From Monocercomonoides exilis PA203 (taxonomy: Eukaryota > Protista > Preaxostyla), in contig LSRY02000055.1 in NCBI GenBank assembly GCA_001643675.2, forward strand, positions 310,001-374,000: a DNA stretch of 64,000 bases, written 5' to 3'. The position numbers were made by a program, and so were the translations under genes. The notes under the pieces are model-generated. The model made no database searches and had not been told where the DNA came from. It was given only the letters and a program-made list of their open reading frames with translations. Shown piece after piece: positions 12,296-25,281 of this stretch (its first letter is position 1; each line of letters begins with the position of its first letter).

Positions 12296-14584
12296 GGGTC
12301 ATATTTATATTAGTTCACATTTTTATATTAGTACCCAAATTTTTCGAAATGAATAATTCTTAAAAAAATTCAAAAAAATACAAAACTCGAATCAAATTTG
12401 CGAATGATTTTTCTTTTCCCCTTTCCTCTTTCAATTTCATCAGATGATTCTTTTCTCAATATCGTTTTCAATTTGAATGATTTTGAACTTTCTTATCAGC
12501 TTTTTTGTTTAATTTGTTGTTTCATCATATTCTTCATCAGATTGTTTTCTTTTTCTGTTTCCATTTCGCTTTTCTTTTTCAAATAATCATCCCACTCATT
12601 AAGCACCTTTTCTTCTATTATTTCTTCACGGAAGAAGTCAAATCGATTTTTATGTGAAGGAAGAGGATAAGTCGATGATTGAGGAAGATTTATCAGAACT
12701 GGCCCAGACGAGTCTTTCAGCACGCCGCTGCATTTGAATGCTCTTTTGATGACAGAAGGTGATAGCACCGAATGAATTGATTGTTGAAGAGCTTCACCAG
12801 AACTATTCTTTTCGCTGCTGAAGACGACGATAAAATGTTTTGAACTGTGAACTCATCTCAGACTTCATGACTGCAAATACGCCTCGGTCAAGTGGTTGGC
12901 AGATGTGTGCAGTGAGGGACGAACGTCACAACATCCACATTTTCTTTTTTGAATTCTTGCCAGATTGTTTGATCTGCACGAGAAACGTGTGAGTCGATAA
13001 GAAGCAAGCAGTGTGATTCGTCGAGTGATATGTGTTGTCTTATTTCTTTGATCAAAGGGAGAAGAATTGTGAGTGCATATTTTCTGAACGAAGAAGATTC
13101 CATCCATCGGCATTTGTCTGGCCATATCTCAAGATTTGAAGACTGAAGAGGCTTCAAGTCATCAGGAAGTTTGGGGCTCGGCCACAAAATCACTGAAGGA
13201 AGTGATTGTCCATCAACTGCGACCGCCGCAATCAGTGTAGAATTCTCCATTCGCGCCGCAGATTTAGCGAAACCAGGTTTTGCATTTGCTGGATGAACAA
13301 TATTCCGATTGGAGCTGTCGGGAACCCTGAGTGACGACTAGTCCACATTGAAAATCAGTGCATTGTAGTAATTATTTGTTTGATGCAATCCATTGAGCAT
13401 ATCATACCAGGGCTTTTGAACTTGTTGGCATGATACGGCAAGCCTGTTCGCATCAACAATTTAAGGCTTTGAAGTTTTCAGCTTGTGGTGTCTTTTGATA
13501 AAATCGTAGGCAACTGACGCAGAAACTCTAACATCTGGAGTGTTTTCTGGTTTCAAATCATTAACAACGTTTTCAATCTAATTAATATTAATTAATACAT
13601 TTCAAAGAATATTTATGCAAACCAGTTCACGCATTTTCTTGATGGTTAGGCTAGCTCCAGATAGTGATTCAATTTTTATTTCGTCCTGCACTGTTTGTTC
13701 TTTTTCGCCAATGACCACAGCGTGTCTTCCAATTTTTGAAACTAGTCTGCCTTGCTGAACAGCCTTCATCGCACGCTTGATTCGAATTTTGTTATATTTT
13801 TTGATGTTGTTTTCATCCGCCAAACGCACTACTCCATCGTTTTCAATTTTTTCCATTCACTCATACAGATTCATTAATTATCTCCATTCGAACGATAGCA
13901 TTTCCTCCCACAGCTTCAGCTGACCAATAGTAGATTTCCTTGTAACTTCATTTTTCATTTTTTATTTTTTGTGTTATGATCATTATGCCAATTTATTTAT
14001 TTTATTATTATAAATTTCAATTTTCATGGAAATTAAATTTTTAAAAACATTTAATGCATATTTTTTGAATTAAATTCATTGGAACCAACCTGTGACTGAT
14101 AGAATTTCAACGGGAGGATTTTTGCCCCCCCCCCCCCCCCCCCCCATTTTCTCCCCCATTTGAAACAAGTTGTTCATTAAAATGTATTTATTCAGTTGCT
14201 AATATTTTTCTTATATGGGTGATTATTTCCAAAATCATATTTTTTTCTGTCTAAAATTTCGGTTTGAACATTTAAAAAGAATATTCATAAGCGGACCAAG
14301 AAAAGTGATAGATTTTTTAAATGATGCAGCTTCAATCATTTCAAGTCAAATCTTGGTTGTTGAAACTAATAATGAACATTTGATGTTAAAATGACGATTA
14401 TTCAGCAAATGAAAATGAGTTTTTTAAAGAATAATAACACCGAAAAAAAGTAATGATTACAAAAATAATTACCAAAATACTAAAAAAAACTTCGAATTAA
14501 CCGAAATGTATGTGGCTAAATATGAGATTTTTTTTTGTAAAAATTGGATCATATAAGAAAATTGGAACCAAAAAAATATGACCT
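12296..14584 (-). mobile_element. Decayed pogo/Tigger-like DDE_1 DNA transposon
   Basis: Minus-strand motifs in order: SASVAYDFIKRH (CENP-B-like HTH, ~13490-13525), LIFNVD*S (~13337-13359), TLIAAVAVDG, WM, CLLLIDSHVSR, NVDVVTFVPHCTHL (ORF 12888-13250). Candidate ends TA|GGGTCATATTT (12294-12306) and AAATATGACCT|TA (14574-14586) match 12/13. Boundaries tentative. Confidence 0.75.
14216..14474. mobile_element. ~260-bp MITE, GGGTGATT subfamily
   Basis: Left end TGGGTGATTATTTCCAAAATCAT. The right end reverse-complements to TGGTAATTATTTTTGTAATCAT. Size matches the other copies. Confidence 0.5.
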
Positions 14585-15899
14585 TATTAAAATACAAAAG
14601 TTATCTTTCAAAATAATTTTTTGAGCACTTGTGAAAAAGAAAAAGAGAGAGCAAAATAATGACTTTTATTTTCCTCTTTTCCTCTTGGATATTTTTTTGT
14701 AATCATTTGTTTGCTCAAAATAATCATAAAAAATCGATAACAACTTGTTCATTCATCTGCTTCAAAGACTCTTTTAAACTTTATTTGAGAAATCTTTTGT
14801 TACTCCAGCTTTTTTTCGAGATAATTTTTCATTTCACATGTTCTCATTCCAACTAAAGAAAAGATTCGAAATTATAAAACTTTTTTTTAAATAAAAAAGA
14901 GCAATTGAGACAAAAGCAAAAAGTCTTATACTTTTTATTTATTAACTAAAAAACAACAATTTTTCCTGAATATTTTCTTTGATCAAAATTTTGGTTGTTT
15001 TTCATGCTTGTGCAACAAAAATACCATGTATTGAAAATCAGGAAGTTAGTGGAACACCCTGTTGTTGTGGACAGAAAATTTGCATTATTTTTTTCGATAT
15101 TTTTATCAGCCAAATGTTTTTTGGACGTTTTTGTTTACGATTTGCTTGATATTGAAGGAGTTTAAAAATTGAATTGAACAAAAAAAGAAACAACGAATAA
15201 TGCACATTTGTTTGATATTGAATTAGTGAAATTCAAAAAAATAAAGAACAAATCAATTTCATATGGCTGATCCTTCTTGAAATCACACTTTCTTGCGAGT
15301 TTTTATCTAATTTTTTATCTCAATTGGATTTTGAAAAAATGAACTTTAACGGTGTATGCAAACTGCATATGATAATGTTTTAAAGAATAATTTTTCTTTT
15401 TCAAAATTCCATTGAGATGAAAAACTTGATAAAAACTTGAACAAAAGTTTGATTTCATAAGAAGGATAATCCATAATTTTAATAAGTTTTCCAATAATTT
15501 CAAAAACTGCAAAAACAATGAAATATATCAAATTGTTCCATTGCTTCACACAGATTTTGACTCATCATAAGTTGTTCTTTGTTTGCATGATCCATTTTTT
15601 GAATGGCGTTCGAATGCTTCTTTTTCTTCAAAGTCTCACTATCCATTTCGCAACGTTTATCAAACATTCGATTTTGTTGCCCTCTTCTCAAACTTTTTCT
15701 TTTTCTTTTGGAAAAACAAGTTTTTCACTCATTTTTTCTTTTTGGTTCAAATTCATCGATAAAATTTTTTTGTTTTTTCTCTTTCAATTTGTGTTTTTCA
15801 TTTGGAGAAAAATCTCCATACAGACTTTGCTTTAAGAAATTTGAAGATAAATTATCTGAAGATGATTATTTCTGATAGACCTAACAAACACTTACACAA

Positions 15900-17050
15900 G
15901 AAAATATTGGTCCAGCTTCCTTTGGAATTATCACTGTGTTCAGAAATGCTTGTTTTTAAACAAAAGGAGATGTCACCACGATAAAGCTTCTGAAAAGATA
16001 TTTTACAAAGATCTGAAAAACGAATAAGTCTAAAAATGAGAGGGTGCAACAAAAAAGTTATGCAAAACTTGTTCAAAACTGGAGAGTACGCAGTAGTCTC
16101 AATGTCAGAAAAAATGTGAAATATTCATGGGAAAAAATATGATGATTACATTGTTTTCTTCAACATAAATTCATTTATTTATTTTTTGGTCGCAATGATA
16201 TCTGTGATTGTCTGATAAAAGAAGAGCCTTTTTTAATAGGTACAATTTCAGTATTCTTAATAGAGATGGACCACATTTTTGAACCATTGAAAAAATTGTT
16301 CAATTTCAGTTGTAATCCATCCTGAAGGTGCAGGGATTTAATGAATATTGATATATATCAAATAAGATAACTCTTTAGTCGATTTTTTCTTTGGACAAAG
16401 AAAACAACGATAAAGATAATAACCATCAGAACACACGCAAACGCAATAAGTTGCGGTGGAAGTTTTTTTTAAGGTTCGACAAGAGAAGGAGGGATCTGGT
16501 CTATTAAACAGATCACCAATAATGAAGAATTCTCTCCGATTCTCACAGAAGATTCGTCAAAATTAAAAACATTGGAAACTTCGATATTGTTATTAAAAAC
16601 GATTCCTTTCACTTCTCAAAACAAACTGAAAACATTTTCCGAACTTTGAAATCAAATTTTTGATATATAAAGAAGTCTCACCATGGCTCCCTTTAAGATG
16701 GAGCTTCTTTGAACCAAATAAAAAAAATTATTTTATGAAATTGTTTTTTTTCTGTTTCGTTTGAAACTTCCATGTTCAAAATATAAATTGCAAATAAAAA
16801 CAAACAAAATAATTTTGATATAGAAAAATATCAATATCATTTCCTGTGTGTGCTTCATTCGATCAATAACTCCTTCTGATAAAAAAGATAAAACCTGATT
16901 ATCTATTTTTCAGTTTCTCAGAATGTTTAAACAATGACTTTCCTTCTTTTCTCTCATCTCTGTTTTTTTTTTTCTGTTGGTTTGTCTCCGCACCAGTATC
17001 ACCTTGTGATTGCTTTCGCTTTGACTGCAACGTTCACTGTAAATGAATAT
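15900..17050 (-). mobile_element. Second decayed pogo/DDE_1 transposase remnant
   Basis: Minus-strand fragments in the expected order: HGETS (~16675-16690), TATYCVCVCSDG (~16420-16460), PSGWITTE (~16305-16330), ALLLSDNHR (~16200-16230), NNVIIIFF (~16135-16160). Heavily frameshifted; limits approximate. Confidence 0.55.
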
Positions 17051-17196
17051 GTTTTCTTGATTTCAAAAATTTTCCTCGATCTGGAAAGGACGGTTCGATA
17101 TTCTTTTGTTGCAGCTTGAATTTTATAGTTTTTCAAAAGAATACATTTCTTTTCCATTGCAAAAAAGTGAACGATCTAATGTTCAAAACTTCGAGA

Positions 17197-17443
17197 TATG
17201 GGTCATTCTTTTTGAAAAGTCGTAAATGTTAAATTTTCAAATAAATCAAAAATTTCATATCTTGATCAAATTTCGGTTCCCGCTTATGCAACTTTACATG
17301 AATGTGTGAAATAGCATTGTCAAATTATATCTTCCACTTTCGTGAATTTGCATGAATGGAAACCGAAATTTGATCAAGATATGAAATTTTTGATTTTTTT
17401 GAAAATTAAACAAATGTGACTCTTCAAAAAAAAATTACCTATA
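17197..17443. mobile_element. ~245-bp fold-back MITE
   Basis: Long imperfect terminal inverted repeats TGGGTCATTCTTTTTGAAAAGTCGTAAATG ... GTGACTCTTCAAAAAAAAATTACC. Contains a perfect 35-bp inverted core AATCAAAAATTTCATATCTTGATCAAATTTCGGTT. TA at both ends. Confidence 0.8.
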
Positions 17444-17749
17444 TGTTTTATTATTTTGGACTAATAAAAAAAACTTTTCGAAGATATTCACAGATATGAA
17501 GTGATGATTTCTTTTTTCTTTGAATTAGCTGTATTTCATATTGGATTTTCAACAACAAACAAGGAATATTGAATGTGCACAAAATACAACAAAAAAAATC
17601 ACAATATGTTCATATTAAGTGTTTTTAGAAAAACAGAAATATTTTATCAACAAATACACAAATTGCATAATTTTCAATTCGAATTTTGACTCTTTTTTGT
17701 TCATCAAAAAATTTATAATTGATCATAAAAATCCTATTTTATCTGAATC

Positions 17750-19140
17750 ATCAAAAATTTAAGAACAACGGAGGAAGATTCTGGAGTGAATGGAAGCTCA
17801 TTATTGCAAAAATCAAAACTGTAGGAAAAACTAACTGAAAATATCGATTACGACATGGCAATGATTATATTCAATGAATTGGAATCACTTCATCCAGAAA
17901 ATATACCAATCATGCCGAAATATTAACAAGAGCTTCTCATTTGTTATTTTCCGAAATTCTCAACATCGAGAGGATTGCAGTTGTTTGTGAATTTAAAAAA
18001 ATCAAGAATAGATGAATTAATTAAAATGGCAAATAAAGAGCTGAATGATTGAGAAAGACTAAGTTCCGTATCAAAAGAAAATGTTGAAGAACTGGTTGAG
18101 CTTTGCGTTGATAAATATAACAAAGGATATCCATTCACTATTTCTTCATTACAAACCTTCATCAACTCAACCAATTATTTTGACTATTCCAACTCTTTTG
18201 TTCAAAAATTTCTTTTGAATCACGATTTTCAAATAAAAAAATGGATTGCTCAACCAACATAAAAAAAGGAAAGAGCTAAATAATCAATAGGAAGAGAAAA
18301 TACAAAAACATTAGAAAAATGGTTGGAAAATGAAAAATGACAACTAATGTTTTGAGTTGATGATACTAAAATACAAGCATACGTAGACGCAAAAAAAATG
18401 AAAGTCATTTGCCCAAAAGAAGTGGATGATAAGAATGTTTCATATACAGTTGTTAGAGATGGAAAACTTGTTTCTTTGATTGGGTGTATTCCTCTTATTG
18501 GTCCTTCAGTTGTTCCCATGCTAATAATTAAAACTGCTACTGTTCAATCTATTATATTTGGAGATTTGCTTGATGGAGTGGATGTAGTTTTCAAAAACTC
18601 ATCCAAGGGTTATTGAAGTTCGCATATATTTTTGGAATTGATAAATATTTGTTTCATTTCACATATAAATAGGCTGAAGGATGAACCAAATTAAAAAAAA
18701 AAAACGGTTCTTATTACAGATGGATTCAGAACACATTCTGGTACAGAAGCCCTTCATGAAATGGAGCAAAACAAGATATGCATTATTTTCATACCACCAA
18801 ATTCGTCGCATTCGTTCTCTCCTTTGGATTTGGTGACATTCTCAAATCTGAAAAATGAATAAAAAAGTTACGATCTTTGTTCACATCAAGACAACAAGCA
18901 CAAGTCCATGCAGGTATAATAAAAACCAATCAATTATGCGCAATTCCGATCATAAACAGAACACCATTCAGAAAAGCTGGAATCATCAACAAGAATGAAG
19001 ATGACAAACAAATAGAAATAGTTGATTTGTTTCGGAAGGCTCAACATATAGAAATAATGTCAAAGGATGAAAATTCATCTCAGTCAATTAAAGATCAAAA
19101 AGATGAAAAAGAAGAGATCAAGAAACAGGATAAATAAAAG
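17750..19140 (+). mobile_element. Third decayed pogo/DDE_1 transposase remnant
   Basis: Motifs VDDT (~18355), VSLIGCIPLIG...PMLIIK and SSKGY (ORF 18398-18616), VLITDGFRTH (~18706) and IIFIPPNSSHSFSPLDLVTFSNLK (~18782-18853) fit the DDE_1 consensus LLxxDGHxSH...LPPxxSHxxQPLDxxxFxxLK. Multiple stops. Confidence 0.8.
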
Positions 19141-20287
19141 GAAGATGAAAAAGGAGATGAAAAAGAAGAAAAGAAAGAAGAAGAAAAAAAAACGAAAAGG
19201 AAGATGAAATGAAATATTGGAAGGGATGGATAGATGATCATTCATCGTATGTTGTCGAAATGTTGATGAAAAAGAGAGACATGATTAAAAAACGTGTGGA
19301 AGATTTTGAGTAATTTAAGAAAAGAAAATATCCATCAAAAAAAGAAAAAGATTAAGATTCTTCACTAGAAGATGATGAGGATGAATGTATTTTTAGTATA
19401 TAGAGAAAAAAGAAATGTGATCCCGCTGATAGAAAACCAAAACGACTGATAACAAAACTGTGCCAGAAGTCAGAATGTGATTTTGAGAGTGCTTTAAAAA
19501 TAAATCAATTTCTCTGAACAAGATCTGTCAATACATAGAAAAGAATTGACATGTTTTTTGATGAAGATTCATAAATAGAGTCATGCACCTTTCATGATAG
19601 CAGAACCACAGAGAATTGCGAATATGGGTAATTATTAAAGAAATCATAAATATTTCTGGGGTGTTTGTTTTTCAAAGGTTGTTTATTATTGTATCGACAT
19701 TTTGTATTTAAGTAATATTTTTCTTTCAATTGTTTTCAAAACGAATGATTCTGCATAAATAATGATGAAGATGTCTTTTGCAAGCCTTTTCATTTTTCAA
19801 TAATCTTTTTTTTTTTTTGATATTCAAGTGAAATATTCAAACCGAAATATTTGAACGCAAAATTGTGATTTAGAAAATAATCACTCATATTCTCAAATTG
19901 AGTTTAAATCTTTTTCTTTTGAAAAATAAATTCTTTATCAAGTTGTTATCTTCACAAAGATAGTCGTCTTTAATGTCAAATAAATGTGATTTATAACGCA
20001 ATCAAATTTTCACTATTTTTTCATTCTCATTCCATAATTTCGAGTTTTGAAAAAAAAAAACCCTCATCAAAAGATTTTCCATTCTTTTTCTGAGAAGATA
20101 AAGTTTGAAAGGTCTTTTTTTTTCCATTTTTTTATGTGATCATTCAAACAATTATTTGTTTTTTTGAACGTTATTCCTCAACGTTTATTCATTAATACTC
20201 CTTTTCAAAACAGTCCATCTCCTTTTCTCAAAAGTTTAAATTATTTTTTCATTCCAAGCACGCTCTTTTCTGAGATCCCATCTCAAA

Positions 20288-20533
20288 TATGTCTTAATTT
20301 TTTTGAAAAGTTCCATTTGTTTAATTTTCAAAAAAATAAAAAATATCATATTTTTATCAGATTTCTGTTTTCACTCACGAAACCATACCCAAACGGATAA
20401 AATAACGTTGTCAAGAATTTGTTTAAATGACAGCAAAATTTGGTGAGTGGAAACAAAAATTTGATAGAAATTCAAAGTTTTTTATTTTTTTGAAAATTAA
20501 ACAAAAGGAACTTTACAAAAAAATTTCACCTTA
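20288..20533. mobile_element. ~245-bp fold-back MITE, same type as the 17.2-kb copy
   Basis: TTTTGAAAAGTTCCATTTGTTTAATTTTCAAAAAAATAAAAAA on the left is mirrored by TTTTTTATTTTTTTGAAAATTAAACAAAAGGAACTTTACAAAA on the right. Confidence 0.7.
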
Positions 20534-20790
20534 TGGGTTAATCTTTTTGAAAAGTCGCAAATGTTCAATGTCTGAGTTTTATTAAATTGAAATATGAAAG
20601 ATAATATTTTTTTTGAATCCATCAAATTTCTCCGTTGTGCACATATTCATGCATTTAATAGGTTTGTTTATTCTAAATTTCGAAATAATCAAGTTTGAAG
20701 AATTAATTGTTTAAAGAGATCAAATAATGTTCAATTATTGTTTAACACAAATATTGAACATTTCCGACTTTTCAAAAAATACAACCCATA
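20532..20790. mobile_element. ~259-bp MITE abutting the previous copy at a shared TA
   Basis: TATGGGTTAATCTTTTTGAAAAGTCGCAAATGTTCAAT ... ATTGAACATTTCCGACTTTTCAAAAAATACAACCCATA: ~38-bp imperfect TIR with TA ends. Confidence 0.8.
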
Positions 20791-23203
20791 TGAACAAAAT
20801 ATTTTGATATATTCATTTTGTTTATTTTTCAAATAAAAAAAATGCCATATTTTGATCAAATTTCTGTAATCAGTCAACAGATTATACTGTAAAGAAAACA
20901 AAATCTCGACAATGTTTGTATTTCCCTCTTTGTGCAGTTTCTTGGGTGGGAACAGAAATTTTATCGACATGTGAAATTTTTATTTGATTTGAAAAATTTA
21001 AAAACAAAACTTTTCAAAAAATATTCAGATAAAAAGTTTGTAATAAAAGAGGGAATAACTGGGTTAATTGTCAAATAGCTGCTGTAAATAGTTGTTGAGA
21101 TAATTCCGATGCACACAGTTATTGAAAGTTTCCACCATTTTCAACACTAACTATCTATCCTTATTTTAAGTATTTTTATGAGTGTTTAATAAACTATTTG
21201 GCATTGCAAATTCTTGATGAGGAAAAAAATATAAAAATGTATTTTTTTTCAGAAAATGACAATTTAGAAATCGCGTTTTTCATGTTCATCTTTTTATTCA
21301 CAAGAAATTTACAAAGGTATTTTATAAATATGATATTGCTCATAATATTCAATAATTTAAATACAAGTTAACTTGCTTCCAATAATTTCTCTTGTTGATT
21401 TTTGAGTTTTTTTGAAAAAAGGGAAAATGAGAAAACAGTTGAAATAATGAGTTTCTAAAAATTTCAAATTATCAAAAATGTTGAAAAGAAAAGTTCAAAA
21501 ACAATTCGAACAATGAAAACGCTTGATTTCAAAAGCTCGTGGAAACACGAGCAAAACATTGATTAAAAAATAAAACTTAATAAAATCAGGACTTTCTTTT
21601 GAAGAATTAATTTTCAAAAATATTTGACATGCAACATAATAATAATATATTATTTGTTTTTAAAATTATTTTCAATGAACACAAGCTTCTATTTGTAGCA
21701 ATATTTGTAAAAAAAATATTGAATCTTTTAAAAAACGTGGTGCTAATAAAAATTTGAACCTATCCAATTGTTATCCTTCCAAGTAAAGAGCATTTAAAGT
21801 GAAGAAATCAATCGAAGCAATTAAAAAATGTTTTGATTATCCAACTTTCGACGTTTTGAAAGAAAAAATTATATTATTAAAAAGAAAATGTTATCACGAA
21901 AGAAAGGAGTTTTTATTTTAAGGATAGAGTTCTAACTTATTTAATTCATTGATTTTCGTAATAATTCAAATTGCGACAATGAATAAGTTTGATCAATGAA
22001 ATAAATAAATCAAATTATTTCTTATTTGTCACAAAATATTAGACTTCAGGAATTTTCATTGAATAACTATTCATATAAGATTAAATTTTTGAGATTAATG
22101 CAACAAAATAAAATTAGTTTCTTTTTTGAAATGCATGTGAGGTCACAAAATATTTTGTTATTTCATCAATGATGTTTGTAAACAAATGTGAAAATCAAAT
22201 TTTTTTTGTAATCTGTGAAGGTTTATAATGCTATAAGTGAAACAATTTTTTATGCTTTGTGCATAAAAAGCTTGAAAATCCATAATTATACCCCAAATCA
22301 GAAAAAAGAAGTATGCTGGATATTCTTCAATATGATAAATATGCATTTGAAGAAGATGAATTAAAAGAATCAATCACAAAAATCAAGGGTAAAGCAAAAC
22401 TTTTGACAGCTTCAAGAGTGAGACATTTTGTCAAGATGACAGTTCTAATATCTCCAATAATTATTCAAAAAGAAAAGGAGGCTCATGAAAACTACTTCTT
22501 GAAAAAGAAAAAGCAAACAGAAAAAGAATATGAAATGAAAAGCTATTTATCACTTGTTCAATTAGCTGTTGACTGTATTCTTATTATTGTTCAGAAGTGT
22601 TTTAAATATTCAAAGAAACATATAAAAACAGTTTTCTATATCGTTGAATTGTTTTTCTATCATTTCATCAGTTTTGAGACCGTAAGAAAACGAACATGCA
22701 AGAACTTTTAAATTTATTGTCCAACAAAGGAGAATTTCAATAAAAAAATCCATTTATAGAAAAATATCATCAATATTCAGTTTCATAAAAAGTTCCCGGT
22801 TTTGGAACCAATGGATGATATTAAATTTTTTAAGTAGTGTAATTGGGAGCAAGAAAACTTCGGTCCGAGTTTTGAAATTGTGGAATATTAAATTACTGAT
22901 CCTGTGTGAAAGCGATAGATTTCTAAATTTTTTTTGTACATTGACTTCAACACATTTTTTGTTTAAGATATAAACGTTATTAAATAAACAAATAATATTT
23001 CATATATACGTTATTTCATTGATTTGAAATTTGTTGTATAAGATAAGTATGCTTTGAATAATTATGTCATATTTTTTCTTATTTGTTCATTGCCTAAAAA
23101 GCGTTATTCATTGAAAAGAGATTTTGAAACTATCTCTTAGATCAATTTCAAAGTTATATAAACATTGATCAAAATAGTGTTTTATTGAAAAGTGCTTTTG
23201 AGA

Positions 23204-24350
23204 ATGTTTTTGGGATTAATTCTTTTTCAAATTTTGACATCGATTTACTCGCAAGAGGAACCATCTGAATCAATTACAACAGTGTTTGTAAAGCAAAGCG
23301 GGAAAGATGAAAACAGCGGATTGGCAATCGATCAGGAAAAGCCATCATTGAACGGTGCATATAAAAAGTTGGAGAATGACATTGCGTGCAACATGAAAAT
23401 TGTTTATGACGATAGCCCATTGACTGAAGATGGAATCACTTTCAACAAATATCAAGAAATATCTATTAAAGGAGTGAATGGCGATGGAAATGGAAACACT
23501 GAAGTTGCAATAGATTGTGACATTCATCCAGGAAGTAATCTATTTGAATTCCGAATTGATGCGGAAATCAAAAACTTAGCGTTTCACTTCCCAACAACGT
23601 TGAGAAATGAAAGCCAAGAGTATGGATCGTATGATTTGATAAGTGGATCAGGTGCAAAGCCATCAATAAGCAACTGCAGATTTATTCGACCAGAAGTTGA
23701 AGGATGTCTCACTGATATTTATCTTGTGTACTCATCTGGAGGATCATTAACATTGGACTCAGTTGAGTGCGCGGATGAAACATATGCATTAACATCGGAG
23801 AACGAACTCTTTTATTCCATTGACACTCAAACAGTGATATTGTCAAATTTAACTTTGAAGAATGTTAAAACAAATGCATATGCTGTTTTCGATGTCTCAA
23901 GTGAAGGAAAATGTGATGTCACATTGAATGGAAGCAATTTTATTGAATGTGAAGCATTTCGTTACGGATCATTGTATGTTAGCTTCAAAAATGGCGAAAG
24001 CACATTTACCGTTGGAGATGAAGGCGTCACCACTTTTTTATCTTGCAGTTGCAAGAATAATCAAGGTTCTGGAGGAATATATCTTCAAATACAAGTTATT
24101 GAATCAGCAAGTCAACTTAACTGGCCCGAAGACGGAACGAATCTGATATTTGACAGATGCACAGCTGGAGAAGGCGAGTCAAAAAGGAATATTGGAATAT
24201 GTTTGGAGATAGCTGATGATTCATTAAAATTATGAATCATTATTTGCAATGAAAATGAGTTTTACAGCTGATTACACGCAAAGCAGAAATGGTGGTATGC
24301 CGCTGGAATTGAAGACAATAACTTCAATCAAAGCACATATTTTTTGATTT
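23204..24350 (+). pseudogene. 5' half of a type I membrane protein gene (signal peptide + first beta-helix-like domain), interrupted by the DIRS element
   Basis: ATG at 23204, then hydrophobic MFLGLILFQILTSIYSQ. The domain is homologous to ORF 28822-30069 (IKGVNGDGNGNTEVAIDCDI vs IEGVNSNGNGNAEATVNCDV; LAFHFP vs LAFNFP; SISNCRF in both). Frameshifted after ~24230. Confidence 0.7.
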
Positions 24351-24831
24351 AAAAGAAACCATTCTCTCACTTCCTTCTCTTCTATTCACAAAGAGATCAT
24401 CACTTTTGGTTCTTTCATGATCACTGATCTTGGAAAAAAATAATTCCGAACAATTTTCTGGGAACGGGACCTGCGACAGAACTGAATCGCAGCGGAGCTG
24501 CCCGGTGGTTAGCAATAGGGTTTGTGACGTTTTCCGGAAACTTTTCATCCTCCAAACCTTCTTCTTTCTCAACCTTGCAACCTTCATCTTCTATCACTTT
24601 TGATGAAGTAAAATAAGATGATGATACACTTTTGGAAGATTCATTTTTAGAAATATATGTTAAACCATAGAAATAATCCTTTAAAGATCTGCCTTTACCG
24701 GAGCTAGTGATAAATGATTAAATTTCCTTCTTAAAAACAGAGGATTAATCACCATTCTTATCCAGCACACCTCCACATTTTGTGAGGATTGCAGATCCTT
24801 TCAAAGATTCATTCGACCAAGCAGGCGAAAG

Positions 24832-25281
24832 ATGCGAAACGTTTTATTCCATGTTATGAAATTGCTATTATTTGCTCATTCAAAGACTCAAAAGGAAGAT
24901 GCAGCTCATGAACCAATAGCTCGAACATGTTTTCTTCTCTCCCAATCACTGAAGAAAGCCAGAAACGCTAGCATCCAAGTGAGATTTGGATTTGACGAAG
25001 CCGCCAGAATGAAGGAGGATTCAGCATCCACACTTCCAACCAAAAGACAATGGGATCATCTCGAAGAATCCAGACAAACAGTGGAGACAACATCCAAAAA
25101 ATGTGCACAAATATCTTTTAATTCGAAAGCCTTTGGCAAAAGTGGATATGGAAAACATGAAAGCAACCAACGTCGTCAGTTTATTCGTTCGGGTCCTTGG
25201 ATGCATGAATGGAGAAGATCAGCAAGCACATTCAAAAGAATCTTTTCGCAGAAGCGATCCAGGGGAGCGAGAACAAATTAA
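24832..25281 (+). pseudogene. DIRS gag-like ORF fragment
   Basis: Lies upstream of and overlaps the RT ORF, as gag does in DIRS elements. No diagnostic motif seen. Confidence 0.4.
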
